A stretch of DNA of 26,392 nt from Armatimonadota bacterium (GTDB lineage Bacteria > Armatimonadota > UBA10988), in contig JACRKZ010000035.1 of assembly GCA_016235455.1 (NCBI GenBank), positions 1 to 26,392 of the forward strand. The letters run 5' to 3'. Position 1 is the stretch's first letter. Each line of letters starts with the position of its first letter. Shown here piece by piece: positions 8,438 to 16,869 of this stretch. The position numbers were made by a program, and so were the translations under genes. Under the pieces are notes generated by a model. That model ran no database searches, had not been told where the DNA came from, and saw nothing but the letters and a program-made list of their open reading frames with translations.

Positions 8438-9182
8438 GGCGCGAGCCTGTGGTGGGCACGTTGACCTTGCCAGGCGGCAATGGTGTTTCCAGGCCGGCGT
8501 CCTTGACTCCGGTGACCGCGACGGTCTCCAGCACGGCCTTGGCCTCATCCAAGCCGGCCTCGTCGGGGGCCACGGCGGTGAACACGTAGAAGCTGCCGCC
8601 CCGCGCCTCGCCCAGGTAGATATCCACGAAGGTCTGCGCCGACTGGCCGTCGGGCTTGGGGTCGGAGGCCTGGTAGCGCAGCACCTTGCCGCGCGCCAGC
8701 GAGACCGATGACCAGGCCTTCTCGGAAACGAGCCGACCGCTCGGCTCGGTGCCCTTCCCGGCGGCCGGGGAACCCATCACCTGGTCGCGCATGCGGTTGG
8801 CGACTTCGTCGAACGGCTCCTTGCCCTCCTGCATCGAGCGCTTCTTGAGCGCCTCATAGGCCCGCGCGGCGACGCCCACGAAGAGCACCGCCGGCAGTTC
8901 GGCATCGGCCTTGTGCAGCAGTTTGGCGCCGGGTCCGGCAGTCGATGGCGCGACGCCTTCAGCCCAAGTCGAGGGCAGGTCGAGCTTGACGCCCATCTCC
9001 TCGAACCGCTTGGGCGCGGTGAGCACCTGGTCCTTAGGGGTTTCGGCGACGATCAGCGGCGGCACCTCGGCCGGCATCACCGGCTTGGCGCTACCGGCGC
9101 GGTCGGCGCGCCGGCAGGCGCTTGTGAGCATCGCGGCCACCAGGGCCAACACCAGACCGCTTATCAACCTCACGCGCACCAT
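8427..9182 (-). CDS. Hypothetical lipoprotein (251 aa), possibly PsbP/DcrB-like fold
   Basis: ATG 9182 with GGAG upstream. Signal MVRVRLISGLVLALVAAMLTSAC (lipobox-like TSAC). Segment GVKLDLPSTW and C-terminal beta strands (FVDIYL, FYVFTAV) resemble the PsbP-like pattern. A TATACT -10-like hexamer lies at 9211-9206. Confidence 0.7.
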   Translation of the reverse strand: MVRVRLISGLVLALVAAMLTSACRRADRAGSAKPVMPAEVPPLIVAETPKDQVLTAPKRFEEMGVKLDLPSTWAEGVAPSTAGPGAKLLHKADAELPAVLFVGVAARAYEALKKRSMQEGKEPFDEVANRMRDQVMGSPAAGKGTEPSGRLVSEKAWSSVSLARGKVLRYQASDPKPDGQSAQTFVDIYLGEARGGSFYVFTAVAPDEAGLDEAKAVLETVAVTGVKDAGLETPLPPGKVNVPTTGSRRAP

Positions 9183-9220
9183 TCGTCTCCACATCGACGG
9201 TGCCCAGTATACGCCAGGAG

Positions 9221-10573
9221 TTACACCCGACGCGCCTGCCAACGTCCGCGCGCGAACAACCACGACATCATCGCTGCCTCGATGAGCACCGTGGCGCCGA
9301 TGCTCAGCCACACGCCCCTTGGCCCCAGGCCCAGCCGCTGGGCCAGCGCGAAGGCCAGCGGGATGCGCAGCAACGTGCAGACCAGCGAGACCGTGGGCGC
9401 GACGGTATCGCCCGCGCCGACCATGGCCGAGTTGAGCACCACGCGCAGGCCGCCGGGCACCTGCACCCAGGCCGCCATGTGCAGGTAGTCGGAGCCGGCC
9501 GCGATGACGCCGGCCTGCGGGTTGGCCATGAACAGCGCCAGCAGGTGCGGTGCGTTGAGCCCATAGCCCAGCGCCACGAAGCCCAGCGCGAGCGAGAGTT
9601 GACCTACCGCGGCCCACGCCGCCTGGCGCGCCTGCTCGGGCCGGCCAGCGCCCAGATTCTGGCCGACCAGCGTCGCCGCCGCCATGCCGAACCCGACGCA
9701 CAGGAAGTGCGCCAAACCCTCGATGGTGTGGCCCAGACCAAGCGCGGCCACCGGCGCATCGCCGAACGGCGCGAGGATGCGCACCAGGAACACGTAGACC
9801 GAACTGAACAGCAGTCCCGCGGCGGCCACCGGCAGCCCCAGCCGCAGGAAGGGCAGGCACTCGCGCGGGTGGAACTCGACGCTCAGCCGGTCGGCCATCT
9901 TGCGCCGGTGCAGCAGGCCCAACACCAGCGTATGGGTGACGACGACCATGGCCGTGACCAGCGCCGAGCCCTTGACACCCATGGCCGGGATCGGCCCCCA
10001 GCCGAGGATGAACGGCGGGTCGAGCAGGCTGTTGATGACCAGGCCGATACAGAACACCTTGAGCGGCGTGCTCGGATCGCCTTCGGCGTTGTAGATGGTG
10101 ATCATCGCCGCGGCGACAAAGTTGACGGGCAGTACCGCGAAGGTGATGGTCAGAAACTCGCTGGCGGCCTTGGCCACGGGCGGCGAGAGATGCTGCCAGG
10201 CGAAGACGTGCGGCATGAGCAGCAGCCCAGCGACGGCCACGCCGGTGCCAATGCTGAGCGCCAACGCCATGCCGTGCCGGATGGCCACGGCCTGCTCATG
10301 CGTGTCGCCCGCGCCCACGGCGCGCGCCACCTTGGCCTGCAGCCCGGCGGTGAACAGCTGGCTGAGCGCGAAGGTCGACCAGATGAGGAAGTTGCTGGCG
10401 CTGACGGCGGCCAGCCCGACCTGCGGGTCGGTCAGCCGGCCCACCCAGTACTGGTCGACGATGAAGTTGGCGAAGCGCACCAGATGCGTGGCGAAGGCCG
10501 GCAGCGCCAGCGCCCAGACGGCGCGTCGCAGCGGCATAGAGAGGTAATCTGGGCTGACCCGCGAGCGCTCCAT
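9221..10573 (-). CDS. MATE family efflux transporter (450 aa)
   Basis: ATG 10573 (MERSRVSPDYLSMPLRRAVWALALP). Motifs IVDQYWVGRL, GDPSTPL, LDPPFILGWGPIPAMGVKGSALVT, LVGQNLGAGRPEQA, GAGDT; about 12 hydrophobic segments. Confidence 0.93.
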   Translation of the reverse strand: MERSRVSPDYLSMPLRRAVWALALPAFATHLVRFANFIVDQYWVGRLTDPQVGLAAVSASNFLIWSTFALSQLFTAGLQAKVARAVGAGDTHEQAVAIRHGMALALSIGTGVAVAGLLLMPHVFAWQHLSPPVAKAASEFLTITFAVLPVNFVAAAMITIYNAEGDPSTPLKVFCIGLVINSLLDPPFILGWGPIPAMGVKGSALVTAMVVVTHTLVLGLLHRRKMADRLSVEFHPRECLPFLRLGLPVAAAGLLFSSVYVFLVRILAPFGDAPVAALGLGHTIEGLAHFLCVGFGMAAATLVGQNLGAGRPEQARQAAWAAVGQLSLALGFVALGYGLNAPHLLALFMANPQAGVIAAGSDYLHMAAWVQVPGGLRVVLNSAMVGAGDTVAPTVSLVCTLLRIPLAFALAQRLGLGPRGVWLSIGATVLIEAAMMSWLFARGRWQARRV

Positions 10574-10591
10574 CGGTCCATCCGGCCTGCC

Positions 10592-10621
10592 ATTATGCGC
10601 GGCGGGTAGCGGTTTGGGCAA
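10592..10621 (-). promoter_or_regulatory. Candidate sigma70 promoter of the MATE gene
   Basis: Minus strand TTGCCC (10621-10616) - 18 nt - CATAAT (10597-10592). Confidence 0.4.
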
Positions 10622-10707
10622 CTGGCATCCGTGGCGAAGCGCCGGCCACGGCGCCCGGACCCATGGCGCGCCGCACCATCGGACGCACAACCTGTCCGGC
10701 GCCCGCA

Positions 10708-10736
10708 TTGACTCAACGCCCGATGCCAGAGAGAAT
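10708..10736 (+). promoter_or_regulatory. Candidate sigma70 promoter of the BtuF-like gene
   Basis: TTGACT (10708-10713) - 17 nt - GAGAAT (10731-10736), followed by GGAGG and ATG 10754. Confidence 0.45.
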
Positions 10737-10753
10737 GCGCTCTGGAGGCGGGC

Positions 10754-11686
10754 ATGTCCAAGCGGCGTCTGTGGGTTGTCGCCGGTCTGGCCGTACTTGT
10801 CGGTCTGGCCGCGTGGCGGCTTGTCCCCCGGCCCGCGGCGCCGACCGCCGCACCGGCTGGCACCAGGGCGACCGCCAATCGCGTGGCGACGCTCAGTCCC
10901 GCGCTCAGCGAGATCGCCTTTGCCATCGGCGCCGGCACCAAGGTGTGCGGGGTGGCCGACTTCACCATCTACCCGCCCGAGGCCGACAAGCTGCCCCGTC
11001 TGGGCGCTTTCATCAACCCCAACCTCGAGCTGTTGGCCTCGCTCAAGCCCGATCTGGTCGTGGTGCAGGGCCAGCACGACAAGGTGCGTGACTACTGTCG
11101 CGACCATGGCCAGGCCTTTGCCGCCTATCCGCTGGACAAGGTGGAGGATGTCTTCACCATCGGCGCCGATCTGGGCCGCCGGCTGGGCTGTGCCGCTTCG
11201 GCCGAGCGCGCGGTGGCGAGCTGGCGCGCCGAGCTGGCGGCGGTGCGCGAGGCGGTCAAGGGCGAGCCGCCGGTCAAGACCTACCTGTCCATCGGTCGGC
11301 CCGAAGGTCGGCTGAGCGCGCTCACCACCTGCAACCAGAAGACCTTCCTGAGTGAACTGCTGGCCGTGGCCGGCGGCCAGAACGTCTTCGCCGACGCGAT
11401 CGAGCAGTACCCGCAGCCGTCGCTGGAGTCGCTGGTGCAGCGGGCGCCCGAGGTGATCCTCGATCTGCAGCCGGGCAGCGGCATGGGCGGATCCGCCAAA
11501 CAGGCCTCCCGGGCCGACTGGCAGGCGGTGAGTTCAGTGCCCGCGGTGCGCAACGACCGCATCGTTGTACTGTCCGAAGACTACCTGCTCATTCCAGGGC
11601 CGCGCCTGACGCAGACCGCGAGGTTGTTGGCACGGGCTTTGCACCCTAAGTTATCGGCTCAACTGGCCGATCCTGTGGGAAGGTGA
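10754..11686 (+). CDS. Helical-backbone metal receptor / BtuF-like cobalamin or iron-chelate ABC substrate-binding protein
   Basis: N-terminal membrane anchor; RVATLSPALSEIAFAIG, PNLELLASLKPDLVV, FLSELLAVAGGQNVF, VPAVRNDRI, PGPRL motifs of the periplasmic binding protein 2 family. Confidence 0.88.
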   Translation: MSKRRLWVVAGLAVLVGLAAWRLVPRPAAPTAAPAGTRATANRVATLSPALSEIAFAIGAGTKVCGVADFTIYPPEADKLPRLGAFINPNLELLASLKPDLVVVQGQHDKVRDYCRDHGQAFAAYPLDKVEDVFTIGADLGRRLGCAASAERAVASWRAELAAVREAVKGEPPVKTYLSIGRPEGRLSALTTCNQKTFLSELLAVAGGQNVFADAIEQYPQPSLESLVQRAPEVILDLQPGSGMGGSAKQASRADWQAVSSVPAVRNDRIVVLSEDYLLIPGPRLTQTARLLARALHPKLSAQLADPVGR

Positions 11687-11729
11687 CCGTTCGCGGTTGT
11701 CCAACGAGTGTAGGGAGGGAACCAAGCCG

Positions 11730-14117
11730 GTGACGAGTTGGCACACCAGGCCGCAACGGCCGCGCCGCAGCAGTCTGCTGATGGTGCTGTTGGCGTTCGT
11801 CACCGCCCTGGCGGCCCAGCCGCAGGTGCCGCCGATCATCCCTGACCTGCCCACGCGGCCCGCGGAGCAGGCGCAGCCGCCCGAAGCCGTGCAGCCGCCG
11901 GCGGCCGTCGAGAACGACCTGCAGGCCGACAGCCGCACGCAGCCGGTGGAGTTCGGCGACACGCTCGACGTCACCGTGCCGCGCTATCCCGAGTTCACCA
12001 AGGCCTACGCCGTGGGCCGTGACGGTGCTATCGTCGTGGACATTGTCGGTCCGCTGCCCGTGCGCGGGCTCACCGCGCCGCAGGTGGAGCGGCTGCTCAC
12101 CGAGCGCCTGTCGCAATGGCTGCGGCAGCCCCAAGGCATCAGCGCCCGCATCGCCTCGCGCCGCATGAGCGTGCGCGTGCTGGGCCATGTCGAGGAGCCC
12201 GGCGCCAAGGTGCTGCCCAAGGGCGCCAGCGTGCAGGAAGCCATCGCCGCGGCGCGCGGGCTGGCGGTGGGCGCGGTCATGACGCGTATCGTCATTCGCC
12301 GGCAGCGCGACGGCTGGGTCGAGGAGCTGCCGTGCGACCTCAAGGCTTTCCTGGAGGGTCGCGGGCGCCTGCCCGAGCTGGCCCCGGGCGACGAGGTCTT
12401 TGTGCCCAAGATGGCCATCGACGGTGCGTTCGCGCGGCCGGTGACCACCGACGACATCGCCGCGGCCATGCCGGCGCCGAAGGTTCTGGTGCTCGGTGCG
12501 GTACGCACACCCGGCGAGCTCGTGCTACACGAGGGGGTCAGCCTGCCCGCCGCGCTGGCGCAGGCTGGCGGCGCACTGGAGACGGCCGACCTGGCGCGGG
12601 TGCGGCGCATCCCGGCGGGCCAGGGCGCGCCCGAACCGTTTGATCTGGCCGCCTGGCTGACCCAAGGCGGGCGCGCTCCGCTGCTGCGGGCCGGTGACGT
12701 GGTGGTCGTGCCCAGTCGTGAAACTATCGGGCCGGTGGTACGGGTGTCCGGTGCGGTGGCCAAGCCCGGCCCGGTACAGTTGATGCCTGGCAGCGATGTG
12801 CAGGCAGCCCTGGCCGCGGCGGGCGGTGCCTTGCCGGCGGCCGACCTGATGCGGGTGCAACTGCATCATCGCGACGGGCAGCAGATAGTTCGCGACATCA
12901 TCGACCTCGACCGCATACTGCGCGAGGGCAATCCGGCGGCGTTGGTCGCCGTGCGCGACGGTGACACGGTCTTTGTGCCGCGCGCCGCGGGCGTGGGCGC
13001 CGGTGGCGTCGCCACGGTGCATGTGTTCGGCGCGGTGCAGCGGCCGGGCGCCTATCCGCTGAGCGACACGCGCTCGGTGCTGGCGGCGTTGGCCATGGCC
13101 GGCGGACCGCTGCCCACGGCCGATGCGGAGCGCGTGGCCATCACGCGCGCCCCCGGCGTCGCGGGCGAACGGTTGCTGAGCTTCGACCTGCGCGCCTACC
13201 AGTCTGGACGTAGCGAGACCATGCCGCAACTGGGCGACGGCGACGTCGTCGAGGTACCCAGCTTCGAGGTCACGGTGACCGGCGAAGTGGTGCGGCCGGG
13301 CACTTGGCCGCTGCGCCCAGGCACCAACCTGGTCGAGGCGTTGGCCGCCGCCGGTGGTCCGAGCCCGACCGCCGACCTGGGTCGCGTCATCGTGGTGCGG
13401 CGTGTCGCCGCCGGGCAGCCGGCCAAGCGCGAGGCTGTGAACCTGCGATTGTACCTGAGCCAAGGCGACGGCCAGGCGGCCGCTCCGGCCGCGGTGCCAA
13501 CGCTGGGCGCGGGCGATCTGATCAGTGTCGAAGCCATGCCGGCCGACTCCCGCGCCGTGCTGGTGCTGGGCGCCGTGCAGCGGCCGGGCGCCATCTCCGT
13601 GGCCGACGACGGCATCACGTTGGTTTCGGCGTTGGCCCAGGCCGGCGGACTGCTGCCCACGGCCGACCGCGCCGCGGTGCGCGTGTTGCGCGTGGACCAG
13701 GGCCGCAACGAGTTGATTGCGCTGGCGCCGGTCCTGGCCGGCACGGCGACCATGCCGCGGGTCAGCCACGGCGATGTGGTCAATGTCGAGGAGACCGGCC
13801 GCGCGGGCAGTGGCGTCCTGGTGCTGGGCTCGGTCACCAAGCAAGGCTGGGTGTCACTCGGACCGGGCGTGCAGACCGTGTGGGACGTCATCGGCGCGGC
13901 CGGCGGCATCGCGCCAAACGCCAAGATCAGCAGCGTGCGCTGGGTCCACGTCGGTGGCAAGGCCGAGACTGTCGACCTGACCCGCTACATGCGCGGGCAG
14001 GCGGCGCCGGTGATGGCCGAGGGCGATGTGCTGGTCGTCGGCTACAACGCGCAGACGCGCTCGGTGTGGGAACGCATCCTGGAACTCATCCCCATGGTGA
14101 CCTGGTTCGTGAACTAG
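11730..14117 (+). CDS. Polysaccharide export protein (Wza/KpsD-like): Poly_export domain + 7 SLBB repeats
   Basis: GTG 11730 after AGGGAGG. Sec signal; GDTLDVTV...VGRDGAIVVDIVGPLPVRGLT export motif; seven V-x-V-x-G-x-V-x-x-(P/Q)-G...A-x-G...GD-x-V units; C-terminal amphipathic SVWERILELIPMVTWFVN. Confidence 0.9.
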   Translation: MTSWHTRPQRPRRSSLLMVLLAFVTALAAQPQVPPIIPDLPTRPAEQAQPPEAVQPPAAVENDLQADSRTQPVEFGDTLDVTVPRYPEFTKAYAVGRDGAIVVDIVGPLPVRGLTAPQVERLLTERLSQWLRQPQGISARIASRRMSVRVLGHVEEPGAKVLPKGASVQEAIAAARGLAVGAVMTRIVIRRQRDGWVEELPCDLKAFLEGRGRLPELAPGDEVFVPKMAIDGAFARPVTTDDIAAAMPAPKVLVLGAVRTPGELVLHEGVSLPAALAQAGGALETADLARVRRIPAGQGAPEPFDLAAWLTQGGRAPLLRAGDVVVVPSRETIGPVVRVSGAVAKPGPVQLMPGSDVQAALAAAGGALPAADLMRVQLHHRDGQQIVRDIIDLDRILREGNPAALVAVRDGDTVFVPRAAGVGAGGVATVHVFGAVQRPGAYPLSDTRSVLAALAMAGGPLPTADAERVAITRAPGVAGERLLSFDLRAYQSGRSETMPQLGDGDVVEVPSFEVTVTGEVVRPGTWPLRPGTNLVEALAAAGGPSPTADLGRVIVVRRVAAGQPAKREAVNLRLYLSQGDGQAAAPAAVPTLGAGDLISVEAMPADSRAVLVLGAVQRPGAISVADDGITLVSALAQAGGLLPTADRAAVRVLRVDQGRNELIALAPVLAGTATMPRVSHGDVVNVEETGRAGSGVLVLGSVTKQGWVSLGPGVQTVWDVIGAAGGIAPNAKISSVRWVHVGGKAETVDLTRYMRGQAAPVMAEGDVLVVGYNAQTRSVWERILELIPMVTWFVN
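13029..13666 (+). repeat. Intragenic near-identical DNA segments shared by SLBB repeats 4 and 6
   Basis: 13029-13052 vs 13569-13592 match 23/24; 13085-13123 vs 13628-13666 match 36/39 (offsets 540 and 543, in frame). Confidence 0.6.
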
Positions 14118-14131
14118 TCGGAGGTCCAATC

Positions 14132-15529
14132 GTGACCGGGAGTGCGCAGACCATGTCGACTGAACCGGGCTTTGATCTGGCGGTCTATGCGCGCGTGCTG
14201 CGTCGGCGGTTCCCGCTGTTCGCGGTGCCGGTGGTGCTGCTGACCTTGCTGGTCGGCGGCGGCAGCTTCATGCTGCCCGATATCTACCGCGCCACGGCCA
14301 CGGTCATCGTGCGGTCCGAGGGCGAGGCCACCAAGGGCCTGGCCGTGGCCACCGAGATCACCAAGCAGCTGGGTGGCGTGGTGCAGGCGTTGCGGCAGCC
14401 GGCGGAGCAGAAGCGGGCCTTCGAGACGGTCAAGAAGGACCGGCCCAGCCTCAGCCTCAACAGCGCCATCGAGGACTTCGAGAAGGGCCTGCTCATCGAG
14501 AGCAAAGAGGATGGGCAGGACCTGATCGTCACCATCTCCTTCACCAGCACCCCGCAATCCTACTGTCTGTCGGTCGTCAATGCCTTCGCCGCCGAGTTCA
14601 AGCGCTTGGGCGAGCAGTTGGTGGCCAACTCGCTCGACGTGTCGGTGGACTTCGTCTCATCACAACTGGCGACGCAGAAGCAGCGCATGGCCGACCTGGA
14701 GCAGCGGCGGCGCACAGTCGAGGGCCGGCTGGCCAGCGACCTGGGCGACCTGGCGGCGCGCATCGACGATCCCGATCTGCCCAAAGCCGTGAGCGACCGG
14801 CTGCGCGAGGACCAGGCCAACGTCGATCGGCTGGCCGCTCAGGTCGCCGCGCTGGAGACCCAGACCGCGCGGCTGCGGCAGGAGATCGCCACCACGTCGC
14901 CGACCTCGTCGGCCGTCGACCCGCCGGAAGGCTCGTCCGAAGCGAGGCTCGATGCGGCCATCGGCGAAGCCCGCAGCCGCCGCGCGGCACTGCTGGCGCG
15001 CTACACCGAGCAGCATCCGCAGGTGGCCGCCATCGACCGCGAACTGGTGGATCTGGAGCGCCGGCGCGCCGAGGCGCGTGCCGAAGCGCTGCGCCGCGGT
15101 CAACGGGCGCCCTCCAATCCGGCCTACGAACAGCTTCGCCGCGACCTGGTGCCGGTCGAGGGCCAGCTCGTCGCCGCGCGTACCGAGCGGAGCCGAGTTG
15201 AGGGCCGCGTGGCGCGGCTGTCGCGCATTGCCTCGGAGCTGCCGACGCTCGAGAAGGAGCTGTCCGGCCTCAAGACCGAGCAGGCCGCTGTCAAGGCGAC
15301 GTATGCGCAACTGCTCGAGCGCAAGCAGAACCTCGACGTGAACCAGAGCTTTGAGGAGAGCCGCGACAGCGGACGGTTCGAAGTGCGGCCCGCGGGCACG
15401 GTGCCGCCGCCGCCCAAGGTGGCCCCCGCGCGACCGACCTATCTCGCCGCCGGGCTGCTGGTCGGGCTGGCCATGGGTCTGGGCTTCGTGCTGCTGGCCG
15501 AATGGGGCGAGCGCTCTCAGCGCGTCTGA
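14132..15529 (+). CDS. Polysaccharide co-polymerase / chain-length determinant (Wzc/GumC-like, no kinase domain; 465 aa)
   Basis: GTG 14132, GGAGG 7 nt upstream. N-terminal TM + PDIYRATATVIV, long coiled coil with YTEQHPQV, Pro-rich segment then C-terminal TM; ends with no Walker A domain. Confidence 0.88.
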   Translation: MTGSAQTMSTEPGFDLAVYARVLRRRFPLFAVPVVLLTLLVGGGSFMLPDIYRATATVIVRSEGEATKGLAVATEITKQLGGVVQALRQPAEQKRAFETVKKDRPSLSLNSAIEDFEKGLLIESKEDGQDLIVTISFTSTPQSYCLSVVNAFAAEFKRLGEQLVANSLDVSVDFVSSQLATQKQRMADLEQRRRTVEGRLASDLGDLAARIDDPDLPKAVSDRLREDQANVDRLAAQVAALETQTARLRQEIATTSPTSSAVDPPEGSSEARLDAAIGEARSRRAALLARYTEQHPQVAAIDRELVDLERRRAEARAEALRRGQRAPSNPAYEQLRRDLVPVEGQLVAARTERSRVEGRVARLSRIASELPTLEKELSGLKTEQAAVKATYAQLLERKQNLDVNQSFEESRDSGRFEVRPAGTVPPPPKVAPARPTYLAAGLLVGLAMGLGFVLLAEWGERSQRV

Positions 15530-15540
15530 CGGAGTCTGCC

Positions 15541-16869
15541 ATGGGCCGCGACCAGCGCCTGATCGCCTGCGCCGCCGGCTCCGCGGCGGTGGTCGGCACG
15601 GCGTTGTTCTGGCTGATCGGCCACGGTCTGTCGCCGGAGCTGCTCATCGCGGCCGTGTTGGGCCTGGTGGTGGTGGTCGCGGCGCTCGTCGAGCCGTTCT
15701 GGGCGCTGCTCCTGCTGCTGGTGGTGGTCTACCTGCGGCCCGCCGACCGCCTGCCGGCGCTGGCGCCGTTCCGGCTGCAGTTGCTGATGATGGGCATCAC
15801 CGCGTTGTTTCTGATCATCCAGCAGTCGCTCGCCGATCGACCGCCCCGCCTGCGCCATCCCGCCAACGGCTGGGTGCTGGCCTTCCTGGCTGCGGGCCTG
15901 TGGGCCACGCTGCCGTCGCAGGGCCTGGCCTACACGGTCAAGGTGCTCAGTGAAGGCATCGGCAGCTCCATGCTGCTCTACTTCCTGGTGAGCAATCTGG
16001 CCCAGACCGGCCCGCGCTTGCGCGCGGTGGTGTGGACCCTCGGCGTGATGGGCGCGGTGAACGTGGTGCTGGCCGTGCTCTCACTACGCGCCGGCGGCAA
16101 CCAGTACGCCGGCCGCCTGGCCGGTGTCGGCCTGCTCAACGACCCCAACGATCTGGCGCTGAGCCTGGTCATGATCGTGCCGCTGCTGCTGGGGCTGTGG
16201 CAGGGCTCGCGTGGCCCGGCGCGGTTGGGTGCCGGCGGTCTGGCCGCGGTGCTGGTGGCGGGCATTCTGGGCACGCGGTCGCGCGGAGGTTTGCTGGCGC
16301 TGCTTGCGGTGCTGTTCCTCACGGGCTACCGGCGGATCCGTTCGCCGCGCTGGCGCGTGGTGTACGTCGTCCTGGCGCTGGCGCTGGCGCTGGGCACGGT
16401 GCATCGCGTCTTCGCCGCGCGCGGCTACGGTCTGACCAGCATGGGGCGCGACATCAGTGTGCAGGGGCGGTTGACGGCGTGGAAGGGCGGCCTGCGCATG
16501 ATGGCCGACCATCCGCTGCGCGGCGTCGGCCTGTATCAGTTCCCCACCGCGTTCCTGGCCTACCGGCCTAAGGACTTCGAGTTCGTTACGCTGACCGCGC
16601 ACAACAGCCTGATCCTGGTGGCTGGCGAGCTGGCCTGGCCCGGTCTGTTGACGTTCCTGCCGCTGCTGGGCACGCTGCTCGTGGCGGCGGCGCGGGCCCG
16701 ACGGCAGGCGCCGGAGCGCGATGAGCCCGAGCTGCGGCAGTCGGTGGAGTTGTGTCTGGCCGGCTGGATGGTGGCGGCGATGTTCCTGTCGCAGAGCTAC
16801 CATGTCTGGCTGTATATCGGGGCCGGCCTGGTGGTGGCTGCCGATCGCGGCAGGGAGACAGCGCGATGA
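15541..16869 (+). CDS. O-antigen ligase / Wzy polymerase family membrane protein (442 aa)
   Basis: ATG 15541 after GGAG; multiple TM segments; NDPNDLAL, TRSRGG, HPLRGVG, TAHNS motifs of the Wzy_C family. Confidence 0.88.
   Translation: MGRDQRLIACAAGSAAVVGTALFWLIGHGLSPELLIAAVLGLVVVVAALVEPFWALLLLLVVVYLRPADRLPALAPFRLQLLMMGITALFLIIQQSLADRPPRLRHPANGWVLAFLAAGLWATLPSQGLAYTVKVLSEGIGSSMLLYFLVSNLAQTGPRLRAVVWTLGVMGAVNVVLAVLSLRAGGNQYAGRLAGVGLLNDPNDLALSLVMIVPLLLGLWQGSRGPARLGAGGLAAVLVAGILGTRSRGGLLALLAVLFLTGYRRIRSPRWRVVYVVLALALALGTVHRVFAARGYGLTSMGRDISVQGRLTAWKGGLRMMADHPLRGVGLYQFPTAFLAYRPKDFEFVTLTAHNSLILVAGELAWPGLLTFLPLLGTLLVAAARARRQAPERDEPELRQSVELCLAGWMVAAMFLSQSYHVWLYIGAGLVVAADRGRETAR

Noticed and set aside
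9221-10573. MATE protein as the missing Wzx flippase of the EPS cluster
   Set aside because: Motifs are those of ordinary NorM/DinF-type MATE exporters and it is transcribed divergently; the shared MOP superfamily alone is insufficient.
10574-10753. Cobalamin riboswitch upstream of the BtuF-like gene
   Set aside because: Conserved elements (GGGAA, GCCACTG, B12 box) were not found, and the candidate promoter leaves too short a leader. An Infernal/Rfam scan would be decisive.
13304-14131. Long N-terminal extensions in the ORF track (13304, 18071, 23724, 11107, 9860 starts)
   Set aside because: They overlap neighbouring real genes in another frame and are Arg/Pro/Gly-rich junk; downstream starts give better gene packing and mostly have an SD.
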